Shown here in pieces: positions 15,123 through 22,951 of a stretch of 32,000 nt of DNA. Within the stretch, counting starts at the first letter, position 1. Each line of letters opens with the position of its first letter. The stretch is from Planctomycetales bacterium (GTDB lineage: Bacteria > 4484-113 > JAFGCY01): NCBI GenBank assembly GCA_022646745.1, contig CP060262.1:3960001-3992000 (forward strand). The letters are read 5' to 3'. Under the pieces are notes generated by a model. It searched no databases. It saw only the letters and a list, made by a program, of their open reading frames with translations, and had not been told where the DNA came from. A program made the position numbers and the translations under genes.

Positions 15123-16707
15123 TGACGACAATCCCCCTGTCCATCATCTCATTGATGCATTGCATGTCCGCGCTGCGGATGTCCTCCGGCACACTCTGGC
15201 CGGTTGTGAAATAGCTCAGCGGCAGGTCACAGATGCGGCCGATGTTGTGCAGGCCACCGAGGCCGACACATTCATCGAGCTTGCTGAGAACCAGCCTGCT
15301 GCAGCCGAGCCTGGCAAACCCGGCAATCGCACGGCGCGCATCGGCCGCCTGGGTACCGGCGGCCAGCACCAGGTGCACCTCATCCGGCTGGCTGGCCTGC
15401 AGCAGGCTGGCGGTTTCCTCTATGTGTTCACTGCAGCCCGGGCTGCGTCCGGCGGTGTCAACAAGCACCAGGTCGAAGTCCACCAGGCGATCGATCACTT
15501 CCGCAAACTCCTGCGGGCTGAACACCACCTCGAAGCGCAGGCCCATGATCTCCGCATAGCTGCGCAGCTGCTCGGCTGCCGCTATGCGATAGGTGTCAAG
15601 GCTGACAACCGCCACCTTCAGGCCCTGCTCAAACACGGCCTGGGCGGCGATCTTGGCAATCGTCGTCGTCTTGCCGACGCCGGTCGGCCCGACCAGTGCC
15701 ACTACCCGGCGCTGCCCGCTATTCAGGCGCAGGCCACCGCTGAGCAGCACCCCGCGGCAGATCTCACGGCGCACCGCCTGCAGCAGCTGCTGCGGGTCGG
15801 CGGCATTGTCAACCTGCCCGGTCGCAGCCTGCAGCAGTTCCAGTGCATCCGCCAGCGGGATGTTCCACTCGATCAGGGTGTCGAACACATCAGCCTGGCT
15901 GGCATCCAGCCCCATCCCGGCGTGCGGCCCCTGCGGCGGGGCCAGCACTGCGGCCTGCCTCTCCTGTTCCAGCCTGCGTTGCTCAAGTTCCTCGCGCTGC
16001 ACACTGAAGGTCCGTTCCAGTCGCTCAAGTTCGCTGCGGAACTGCTGCGGGATACCGCGGCTGGCAACAGCCTGCTCACGCAGCAGGCGGTCCTGTTCCT
16101 GCTGCCGGCCGGCAAGCTCAGTGATCATCCCGCGGATTTCATCCATCGCACTGTGCAGTTCGCCCAGGCCATGGCCCGGCTCTCCTGCCGCCTGGCTGAT
16201 CACCGGCTGGGCCACAGGATCCCTATGCGGCGTGGCATAGCGGTCCTGCTGCGGCCTTGCAGGCATCTCGGCAATCTCCTGCCGGTGGAAGGCGTCCCGC
16301 AGCCGGCTGATTGCATCGCCATTCGTGGTACGCCCAGCCGTTGGCACCGTGTATGTGGCTTCATCTACTGGAGTATGCCGGAGGATGGCATCACTGCCGG
16401 ATGCACCGTAGCCAGCCAGCAGCTCGCGGCGGATTTCCTCATCGGAAACCTGGCTGGACTCCTGCTGTGGCACAACTGGCTGCCGGGCAGCCGCCTGGCT
16501 GAGCACATCACCGCGCTGCTCCTCAAGGCTGAGCGTGGCGATGATCTCCACCATCTTCTGCCCGCCTATGCCGAGGATGCCGTTGCGGCGAAACTCGCGC
16601 GCCTCCAGCTGGGCCTCCGGCCCCATCTCGCGCTCGATCCGAGACAGCAGGCTGTCCAGGTTCTCGAGCTTCTCCTCATATCTCCTGATCCTAGTCGGCA
16701 TGTTCAT
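15115..16707 (-). CDS. flhF: Flagellar SRP-type GTPase FlhF
   Basis: 530 aa. G1 GPTGVGKTTT, G3 DTAGRS, G4-like SKLDE. The start may be the second ATG at 16701, which is better spaced from GAGGTG. Confidence 0.9.
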   Translation of the reverse strand: MNMPTRIRRYEEKLENLDSLLSRIEREMGPEAQLEAREFRRNGILGIGGQKMVEIIATLSLEEQRGDVLSQAAARQPVVPQQESSQVSDEEIRRELLAGYGASGSDAILRHTPVDEATYTVPTAGRTTNGDAISRLRDAFHRQEIAEMPARPQQDRYATPHRDPVAQPVISQAAGEPGHGLGELHSAMDEIRGMITELAGRQQEQDRLLREQAVASRGIPQQFRSELERLERTFSVQREELEQRRLEQERQAAVLAPPQGPHAGMGLDASQADVFDTLIEWNIPLADALELLQAATGQVDNAADPQQLLQAVRREICRGVLLSGGLRLNSGQRRVVALVGPTGVGKTTTIAKIAAQAVFEQGLKVAVVSLDTYRIAAAEQLRSYAEIMGLRFEVVFSPQEFAEVIDRLVDFDLVLVDTAGRSPGCSEHIEETASLLQASQPDEVHLVLAAGTQAADARRAIAGFARLGCSRLVLSKLDECVGLGGLHNIGRICDLPLSYFTTGQSVPEDIRSADMQCINEMMDRGIVVND

Positions 16708-16712
16708 TCACC

Positions 16713-18866
16713 TCAGGCCTGCTCCTCGGGGTTGGCAATGCTTGCGAAGGTGCGGATCTCCACGTCTCCCGCGATCTCGCCGTAGCTCAGCATCACCATG
16801 CCGCCGAACAGCTTGGCGAACACCTTGCGCAGGTAGGGCCGGATGCGCGGGCTGACGATGAACACCGGCACGTAGCCCTGGCTCTGCATGCGGTTGACCT
16901 GCTCGGTGGCGAGGTCGATCAGCTTGCGCAGGTAGGCCGGCGGCAGCACCGGGATGGTGCCGGTGGTCGTGTTCTGCAGCGAGTTGGCAACTTTCTCCTC
17001 AATGCGCGGGTCAAGTGTCAGCACCGTGATGCGGCCCTCCGCATCTGCATGCTCACTGGCGATCTGCCGGCCGAGCGCCACTCGGACGTACTCATTGAGC
17101 ACCTCCGGATCCTTGCTGACATTGCAGTGGTCCGAGAGCACCTCAAGGATCAGCGGCAGGTTGCGGATGCTGACGCCCTCGGCCAGCAGCAGCATCAGCA
17201 CGCGCTGGATCTCGCCGACGCCGAGCTTGTCAGGCACCAGCTCCTGCACCACGGTCGGGAACTTCTGCTTCGTGAGGTCGATCAGCTCCTGCACCGCCTG
17301 GCGGCTGAGCAGCTCGGCGCAGTTGCGGCGCACGAGCTCCGTCAGGTGTGTTGCCAGCACGGTGGCGCTGTCCACCACGGTGTAGCCGTCCGCCTCGGCG
17401 ATCGCACGTTCATCCGGGTTGATCCAGTAGGCATCGAGACCGAAGGCCGGCTCCTGCACCTTCACACCGCTGAGCTCCGGGCCTTCGCCCGTCGGGCTCA
17501 TCGCCAGGTAGCGGTCGAGCATCAGCTCACCATGGCCGACGGTGTTGGCGCGGATCTTGACGTTGTACTCACCGGGCCTGAGCGTGATGTTGTCACGGAT
17601 GCGCATCGGCGGCACGATGAAGCCGAGGGCGATCGCGGTCTGCTTGCGGATGCCGTTCACGCGCTCCAGCAGGTCGCCGCCCTGTTCGCTGTCAACGAGC
17701 GGAATCAGGCCGTAGCCGATCTCCAGCTCCAGCAGGTCCACGGTCAGCAGCTGCTCGAGGTTGTGGCGGGCCTGCTCCTCCTCCGTCATCGGTTCAGGCT
17801 GGGATTGTCCGCCTTCGCCATCAGCCTTCGGACTGCCATCCGGGGCAGTGCCACCGGCGGCATCCTGCTCCTCAGTACGCTTTGCAACAATTGCGATTGC
17901 GAACAGTGAGCCCGCCGCCAGCGCCATCAGCACCTTCGGCATGCCCGGCACCATCATCAGCACCAGGATGAAGCCACCGCTGATCATCAGCGGCTTGCTC
18001 TGGTTCGTGAGCTGCGTGATCATCGAGAGACCGACCGTCTCGTCGCTGGCGGCCTTGGTGACCATGATGCCGGTGGCAGTGGAGATCAGCAGCGCCGGGA
18101 TGTTGGCGACGAGGCCGTCACCAACCGTGAGCGAGGTGAAGGTGCTGAGCGCCTCGGCGGCACCCATGTGCATCTGCAGCATGCCGATCACGAAGCCGGC
18201 GCCGATGTTGACGATGATCAGGATGATGCCGGCCATCGCATCGCGCTGCACGAACTTCGAGGCACCGTCCATCGCCCCGAAGTACTCCGTTTCGCGCTCC
18301 AGCTTGCGGCGGCGCGAGCGGGCCTGCTCCTCGTTGATCACCCCGGCGTTGAGGTCTGCGTCTATCGAGATCTGCTTGCCCGGCAATGCATCGAGGGTGA
18401 AACGGGCCGCCACCTCACCGATGCGCTGGGCACCGTGCGTGACGACGACGAAGTTGATGATCACGATGATAAGGAAGATCACCAGGCCGACAACCTCGTT
18501 GCCACCTGTGACATATGTCGCGAAGGTGTTGATCACGTGGCCGGCCTCGGCGTTCGAAAGGATCGAGCGCGTGGTGGCAACGTTGAGGAACAGGCGGAAG
18601 ATCGTGGTGAACAGGATCACCGCCGGGAAGATCGAGAAGTCCAGCGGGGTGTTGACATACATCGTGTTCAGCAGGATCACCACGCCGCTGATCAGGGAGA
18701 GGATCACGAACACGTCGAGCAGGCCGGATGGGATGCGCACGACCAGCAGCAGCACCGCTGCGAGGATCGCGAAGGGGACGAGCGCCTCCATCTGTGACTT
18801 CTTCGGTGCCTGCAGCCTGCCCAGCAAGCTGGCCAGCCCGGCACCGGCACTGCTCTGTGCCGACAT
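16713..18866 (-). CDS. flhA: Flagellar type III export apparatus protein FlhA
   Basis: 717 aa. N-terminal polytopic FHIPEP-type domain (FPAVILFTTIFRLFLNVATTR...), a linker, and a large cytoplasmic domain. Followed by flhF-flhG. Confidence 0.96.
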   Translation of the reverse strand: MSAQSSAGAGLASLLGRLQAPKKSQMEALVPFAILAAVLLLVVRIPSGLLDVFVILSLISGVVILLNTMYVNTPLDFSIFPAVILFTTIFRLFLNVATTRSILSNAEAGHVINTFATYVTGGNEVVGLVIFLIIVIINFVVVTHGAQRIGEVAARFTLDALPGKQISIDADLNAGVINEEQARSRRRKLERETEYFGAMDGASKFVQRDAMAGIILIIVNIGAGFVIGMLQMHMGAAEALSTFTSLTVGDGLVANIPALLISTATGIMVTKAASDETVGLSMITQLTNQSKPLMISGGFILVLMMVPGMPKVLMALAAGSLFAIAIVAKRTEEQDAAGGTAPDGSPKADGEGGQSQPEPMTEEEQARHNLEQLLTVDLLELEIGYGLIPLVDSEQGGDLLERVNGIRKQTAIALGFIVPPMRIRDNITLRPGEYNVKIRANTVGHGELMLDRYLAMSPTGEGPELSGVKVQEPAFGLDAYWINPDERAIAEADGYTVVDSATVLATHLTELVRRNCAELLSRQAVQELIDLTKQKFPTVVQELVPDKLGVGEIQRVLMLLLAEGVSIRNLPLILEVLSDHCNVSKDPEVLNEYVRVALGRQIASEHADAEGRITVLTLDPRIEEKVANSLQNTTTGTIPVLPPAYLRKLIDLATEQVNRMQSQGYVPVFIVSPRIRPYLRKVFAKLFGGMVMLSYGEIAGDVEIRTFASIANPEEQA

Positions 18867-19073
18867 ATTCCGCCTATCTCCAAGGTTCCGGTTCTTTTCC
18901 GGAATCCAACCTGCAGTCAGTATTACACAACAGGGCTGTGCGGCGTGTGTGAAAAGCCGAATTCTGGCAACAAGTTTCGGTAAAACGGCTAAAGGGGTGT
19001 GCCCAGGGCAGGCTCAAGTCACACTGGGACTGGCCTCATGCATATCCTGGCAATCGGTTAAGCAGCGGTGAAA

Positions 19074-19790
19074 TCAGTCGCAGCGGAAGCGCACGACGGT
19101 CCAGGGGCTGTCCTCGGACCAGGCGCTGCCATCGTAGCCACCGAAGAACTCCGGCTGCACGCCCTCGGGCAGCAGTTCCTCGATGCGCCGGCGGTTGAGC
19201 ATCAGCAGGCTGCGGCTGCGGCGGTGGAACTTGCCATCGAGCTTCATCTCGGTGGTCTCCTGCAGCGGGCGCGTGGTGGACTCGGTCAGCTTCCAGCTGC
19301 GCCGCATCGACGGCGTGGGCTGGTCCTCCAGTTTGGAGACCCCGGCGGAGACCGACTTCACAAGGTGGTTGACATTGAAGAAGTCCACCACGACATAACC
19401 GCCGGGCCAGGCCAGGTCGCGCAGCTGCAGGATCACGCTGGCGACGTCCTCATCGCTGTCCAGTTCCGGCAGGCGGTTGCCGCAGCAGCAGGCCAGCGCC
19501 AGCGGGCTGCGTACGAGGTCGAACACCTCGAGCATCTCGCCCTGGATCAGGTGGTGCCCCAGCAGCGGGAAGCGCTCGCGTGCCAGCCGGATCAGCCCGG
19601 GGTCAAGCTCCACGCCGTTCGCCTCATAGCCCTCGCCCAGCAGGCGGGCCACGGTCGATCCGTCCTGGCAGCACAGCTCGAGCATCGCCGCGGGCGGCTT
19701 GGGCAGGCAGGCGCGCAGGAACTCATAGCGCTGCTCATCGAAGCGATCGCAGAACACGGGCTGTGACTGGGGGCTGTCCATCGCCGCCAT
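19074..19790 (-). CDS. Class I SAM-dependent methyltransferase-like protein with an atypical motif I
   Basis: 238 aa. MLELCCQDGSTVARLL...GYEANGVELD has motif I / post-I geometry, but the usual GxGxG is replaced by CCQDG. Divergent from the pilin-like array. Confidence 0.55.
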   Translation of the reverse strand: MAAMDSPQSQPVFCDRFDEQRYEFLRACLPKPPAAMLELCCQDGSTVARLLGEGYEANGVELDPGLIRLARERFPLLGHHLIQGEMLEVFDLVRSPLALACCCGNRLPELDSDEDVASVILQLRDLAWPGGYVVVDFFNVNHLVKSVSAGVSKLEDQPTPSMRRSWKLTESTTRPLQETTEMKLDGKFHRRSRSLLMLNRRRIEELLPEGVQPEFFGGYDGSAWSEDSPWTVVRFRCD

Positions 19791-19884
19791 TATATCGGGC
19801 AGCCGGCGGAGAGCGCTTTTCGATCAGCGGTAACATTTGCGCCTGCAGCTTCATCCTGTAACTGGAGCCAGCTAAGGAGTTCCG

Positions 19885-20919
19885 ATGATTTATGCGAGAG
19901 GCAGCGCCGGGGGGCGCTGGCTGATGGGATTGACCACGCTTGCCGTGGTGCTGGCACTGGCCGGATCAATGCGGCTCGTGCCTGACCTGCGCTCAAGGGC
20001 GCGGGAAGCTGAGACGAAACAGAACCTGCATGCGATCCAGCTTGCGCTGGAACGGTATGAGGTCGACTTTGTAACTGGGACCTATCCACTTTGGTTGAGC
20101 GGCGGAGTTGTTTCAGGCGCGCTCAGCGAAGCAGGATCAAGCCGGCTGAAGCTTGATCCCCTGCTTGATGACGGTTACTTCACTAAGTATCCACCAAATC
20201 CGTTCACTGTCCAGGACAGCAGGCAGCGCGAACTGATTGCGCTGGCCCAGTCACTGACCAATGATCAACTCAGTCCGGAGAGCAGTTCCGCAGAAGTAGC
20301 TCCAGCGTACCGCTTTGGCAGCGAACATGACCTGATGGGCAATGTATTGGCCAACTTCCGCATGGCGCAGAAGTTCTGTGGCACCGATGCAGACGGGCAT
20401 GCAGTACTGAGTCCAACAGGTGCTGACACCTTCTACTTCAGTGTGAATCAGCCAACGCAATCTCCCAGCCGCCGGATGCTGCAGGGCCAGTTCGGTTACT
20501 TCCCGATCGATTACCACGAGGTGATCGAAGTCAGTGTCACTCCGGACAGCGGATACTACCTGCCGCTCGGGTACTCCCTCATCTGCTGGGGAAGTGCTCG
20601 CAACAAAGGGAAGGACACCCTGAGTAATGCTTCGCTGCAATACTGCACAGATGCCAATGGAGCGGCAATGCTTGCCTGGCAGCGAATGGAATCTCCTCTG
20701 GCAGCCGACGAGGAATTCGACGCCCTGGCAGCAGTTGCCAGTAACGTCGATCTTATGGAACTGATTTACATACCGGCGGAGAATGCCTGGGATGGCATCC
20801 CGGATGGCGTGTTGATTTCACTTGGCAATGGAACACATTGCGGTATCCAGTCCGAATACCGTCAATCAAGGTCCTTGGAGTCAGCGCCAGAACAAATGGG
20901 AAATAGCAATGGCAGCTAA
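19885..20919 (+). CDS. Large GspG-like pilin-domain paralog 1 (degenerate prepilin signal; most diverged member)
   Basis: 344 aa. AAGGAG lies 5 nt before the ATG. N-terminus GGRWLMGLTTLAVVLALAG, then EAETKQNLHAIQLALERYEVD..YPLWLSGG, DPLLDDGY..YPPNPF, YRFGSEHDLMGNVLA, GSARNKGKD. Confidence 0.7.
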   Translation: MIYARGSAGGRWLMGLTTLAVVLALAGSMRLVPDLRSRAREAETKQNLHAIQLALERYEVDFVTGTYPLWLSGGVVSGALSEAGSSRLKLDPLLDDGYFTKYPPNPFTVQDSRQRELIALAQSLTNDQLSPESSSAEVAPAYRFGSEHDLMGNVLANFRMAQKFCGTDADGHAVLSPTGADTFYFSVNQPTQSPSRRMLQGQFGYFPIDYHEVIEVSVTPDSGYYLPLGYSLICWGSARNKGKDTLSNASLQYCTDANGAAMLAWQRMESPLAADEEFDALAAVASNVDLMELIYIPAENAWDGIPDGVLISLGNGTHCGIQSEYRQSRSLESAPEQMGNSNGS

Positions 20920-21907
20920 GGGCAGCAACACAGGCCGCTGGCTGATGGGCGTGCTAAGCGTGGTAATCGTTGCTGCGCTGATCCTCGTGGCAGTTCCGAA
21001 CATGATCAGGGTCACGGATTGCAACAATCGCGAAGCCGAAACCAAGCAGAACCTGCATGCAATCCAGCTTGCCATTGAGAGGTACGCGGTTGACCACGGT
21101 GGAACTTACCCACTCTGGCTGAGCGGTGGGTTGGAGGTGTCCTATTCCGGATCTGGTCCTGATTTTGACTACATTGCAGACAAGCTGATGGTTGAAGGCT
21201 ATATGCCAGACTACCCCTCCAACCCTTTTATAAAGTCCACGGAGTCACGAGCAAACAAGGATCTCTTTAAACTGCAGAAGGATCTGGATGACCCATTGTC
21301 TTATGGAAGCTCCGCGTGGATACAGAATATGCGTTTTGGTGCAACAGGAAAGGTCGCGATGGGTAATGTGCTGGCTGATCCCCGCTTCGCCCAAATGCCA
21401 TATATTGATGCCAAAGGCAATCAAGGGATTGCAGGCACAGGGACGGACGTGATCTTTCGCTGCTGGGACACGCAGCAATTGCAGGAGCCGCAGTACTGGC
21501 TGCAGGGCCAGTTCTTCTACAAGTCCGATGCCGGTCATTATTCCGAAAACGACGACATCTCAGTGCTGGACTTCAGCGGGGATGTGGCTGACAACTACAT
21601 CCTGGGATGCTTTGGCTCCTTCAGGAGCAAGGGCAAGGACATCCTTGGTGAGGAACACTCTGCGCCATGGTGGGTTGAAACTGGCAGAAGCGCACAGGTC
21701 TGGGGATTCCACGGAATCCCCGTGCCTGGCAACCCACTGCGCCAGGGCAGCCCATTCGGCAGCAGCAATGGCACACCACCCAGCCCATTCCAGTATGGCA
21801 ACCCGAATGGAGTACGGGATGGAATACTTCTGGTCCTGACAAGGGGTGAAGGCTATGACTCTGAGTCCATTGAAACAGAAAAGGCTGATGGGGGTGAAGT
21901 TCAATGA
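20909..21907 (+). CDS. Large GspG-like pilin-domain paralog 2 (degenerate prepilin signal)
   Basis: ATG at 20909 (332 aa) overlaps the paralog 1 stop by 11 nt. KGSNTGRWLMGVLSVVIVAALILVAVPN, EAETKQNLHAIQLAIERYAVDHGGTYPLWLSGG, PQYWLQGQFFYK, GSFRSKGKDILG, YGNPNGVRDGILLVLT. Confidence 0.72.
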   Translation: MAAKGSNTGRWLMGVLSVVIVAALILVAVPNMIRVTDCNNREAETKQNLHAIQLAIERYAVDHGGTYPLWLSGGLEVSYSGSGPDFDYIADKLMVEGYMPDYPSNPFIKSTESRANKDLFKLQKDLDDPLSYGSSAWIQNMRFGATGKVAMGNVLADPRFAQMPYIDAKGNQGIAGTGTDVIFRCWDTQQLQEPQYWLQGQFFYKSDAGHYSENDDISVLDFSGDVADNYILGCFGSFRSKGKDILGEEHSAPWWVETGRSAQVWGFHGIPVPGNPLRQGSPFGSSNGTPPSPFQYGNPNGVRDGILLVLTRGEGYDSESIETEKADGGEVQ

Positions 21908-22935
21908 CAGCTAAGGGACACGGTATCAGGCGCAGCGTCATGGGATGTGTGGCCATCCCGCTGCTGATCATCATTGCTGCTGTTCTCATCGAAAATCCAT
22001 TCAGGATCAAGCCCGGCAAGGGACACCGCGAAGCCGAAGCCCAGCAGAACCTGCATGCGATCCAGCTGGCACTGGAGCGCTATGCTGTGGACTACGGTGG
22101 AGTGTACCCACTCTGGCTGAGCGGCGGAGGAATTGCAGACCCGGCTGCCGGAGAAATCGATCCGCATTTCGCAATGGACCCCCTGATGGCTGAAGGCTAC
22201 ATGCCGCAATACCCGCGCAATCCTTTCAACCGGCTTGGCACCGGGGATACGAATGATAATCTTCGGGCGATGCAGGTCAGGCTCAGCGACCCACTCAGGC
22301 CAGGCTCTGGCAGCAGCATGGAACCACCCGTATACCGCTTCGGCAGGGACTACACCCTGATGGGCAATGTGCTGGCGGATCCGCGCTTCGCCGAAGTGAT
22401 TGTGGGCACGGACAGCAATGGCAACGCCGTCCGGAAGCGGACCGGCTCGGATGTTATCTACCGCTGCTGGGACATCGAAGAACTTGACGAGCCGCAGTAC
22501 TGGCTTCAGGGGCAGTTCTTCTACAAGGTCCCTTCAGGCAGGACTTCATTTGTGAATGACATTTCCCAGTTTTCCTTCAAGACCGATGTAAGTGGAGATT
22601 ACATCCTCGGCACCTACGGTTCATATCGCAATAAGGGCAAGGACATTCTTGGGGATGAGTTGCCATGGCAAGTTATTCATAATGGCAATGCCACAGCACG
22701 ATTGCTCTGGTCCTTCAATGGCATAGAGATGCCTGGAAAAAGCTACAGGCAGGGCAGCCCATACAACTGGCCAGTCGCTGGAGACTACTCCGGCTTCCCG
22801 ATTTGCTATGGAAATCCAAATGGGCAGCGAGACGGCTTGATTCTCGTATTAACCGCTGAGAATCCTGCAGACATGCAATTCGACTATCCAGATCCCCAGG
22901 ACATCAATCAGAAATCTGAATATTCATGGGATTAG
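21904..22935 (+). CDS. Large GspG-like pilin-domain paralog 3 (degenerate prepilin signal)
   Basis: 343 aa. ATGA overlap with paralog 2. GIRRSVMGCVAIPLLIIIAAVL, EAEAQQNLHAIQLALERYAVDYGGVYPLWLSGG, YRFGRDYTLMGNVLADPRFAEVIVGTD, YRCWD, PQYWLQGQFFYK, YGNPNGQRDGLILVLT. Confidence 0.72.
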   Translation: MTAKGHGIRRSVMGCVAIPLLIIIAAVLIENPFRIKPGKGHREAEAQQNLHAIQLALERYAVDYGGVYPLWLSGGGIADPAAGEIDPHFAMDPLMAEGYMPQYPRNPFNRLGTGDTNDNLRAMQVRLSDPLRPGSGSSMEPPVYRFGRDYTLMGNVLADPRFAEVIVGTDSNGNAVRKRTGSDVIYRCWDIEELDEPQYWLQGQFFYKVPSGRTSFVNDISQFSFKTDVSGDYILGTYGSYRNKGKDILGDELPWQVIHNGNATARLLWSFNGIEMPGKSYRQGSPYNWPVAGDYSGFPICYGNPNGQRDGLILVLTAENPADMQFDYPDPQDINQKSEYSWD

Positions 22936-22951
22936 GAAGGTTCTGACAATT

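Noticed and set aside
14749-16785. 678-aa plus-strand ORF, the longest 'extra' ORF in the track
   Set aside because: It lies entirely antisense to flhF/flhG, which carry unambiguous GTPase/ATPase motifs. The translation is R/A/P/L-rich with no motifs. This is a typical shadow ORF of a high-GC gene.
17761-19071. 436-aa plus-strand ORF (also 17049-17909 and 18168-18797)
   Set aside because: Antisense to flhA, with low-complexity S/A/R/P-rich translations.
18867-19884. Sigma-54 (TGGCAC-N5-TTGC) and sigma-28 (TAAA-N15-GCCGATAA) promoters upstream of flhA, the methyltransferase gene and P1
   Set aside because: The candidates are CTGGCAATCGGTTAAGC, CGGTAACATTTGCG and CCCGATATAA. They have wrong GG-GC spacing or an inserted base relative to consensus, and some point the wrong way. 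Not convincing without TSS data.
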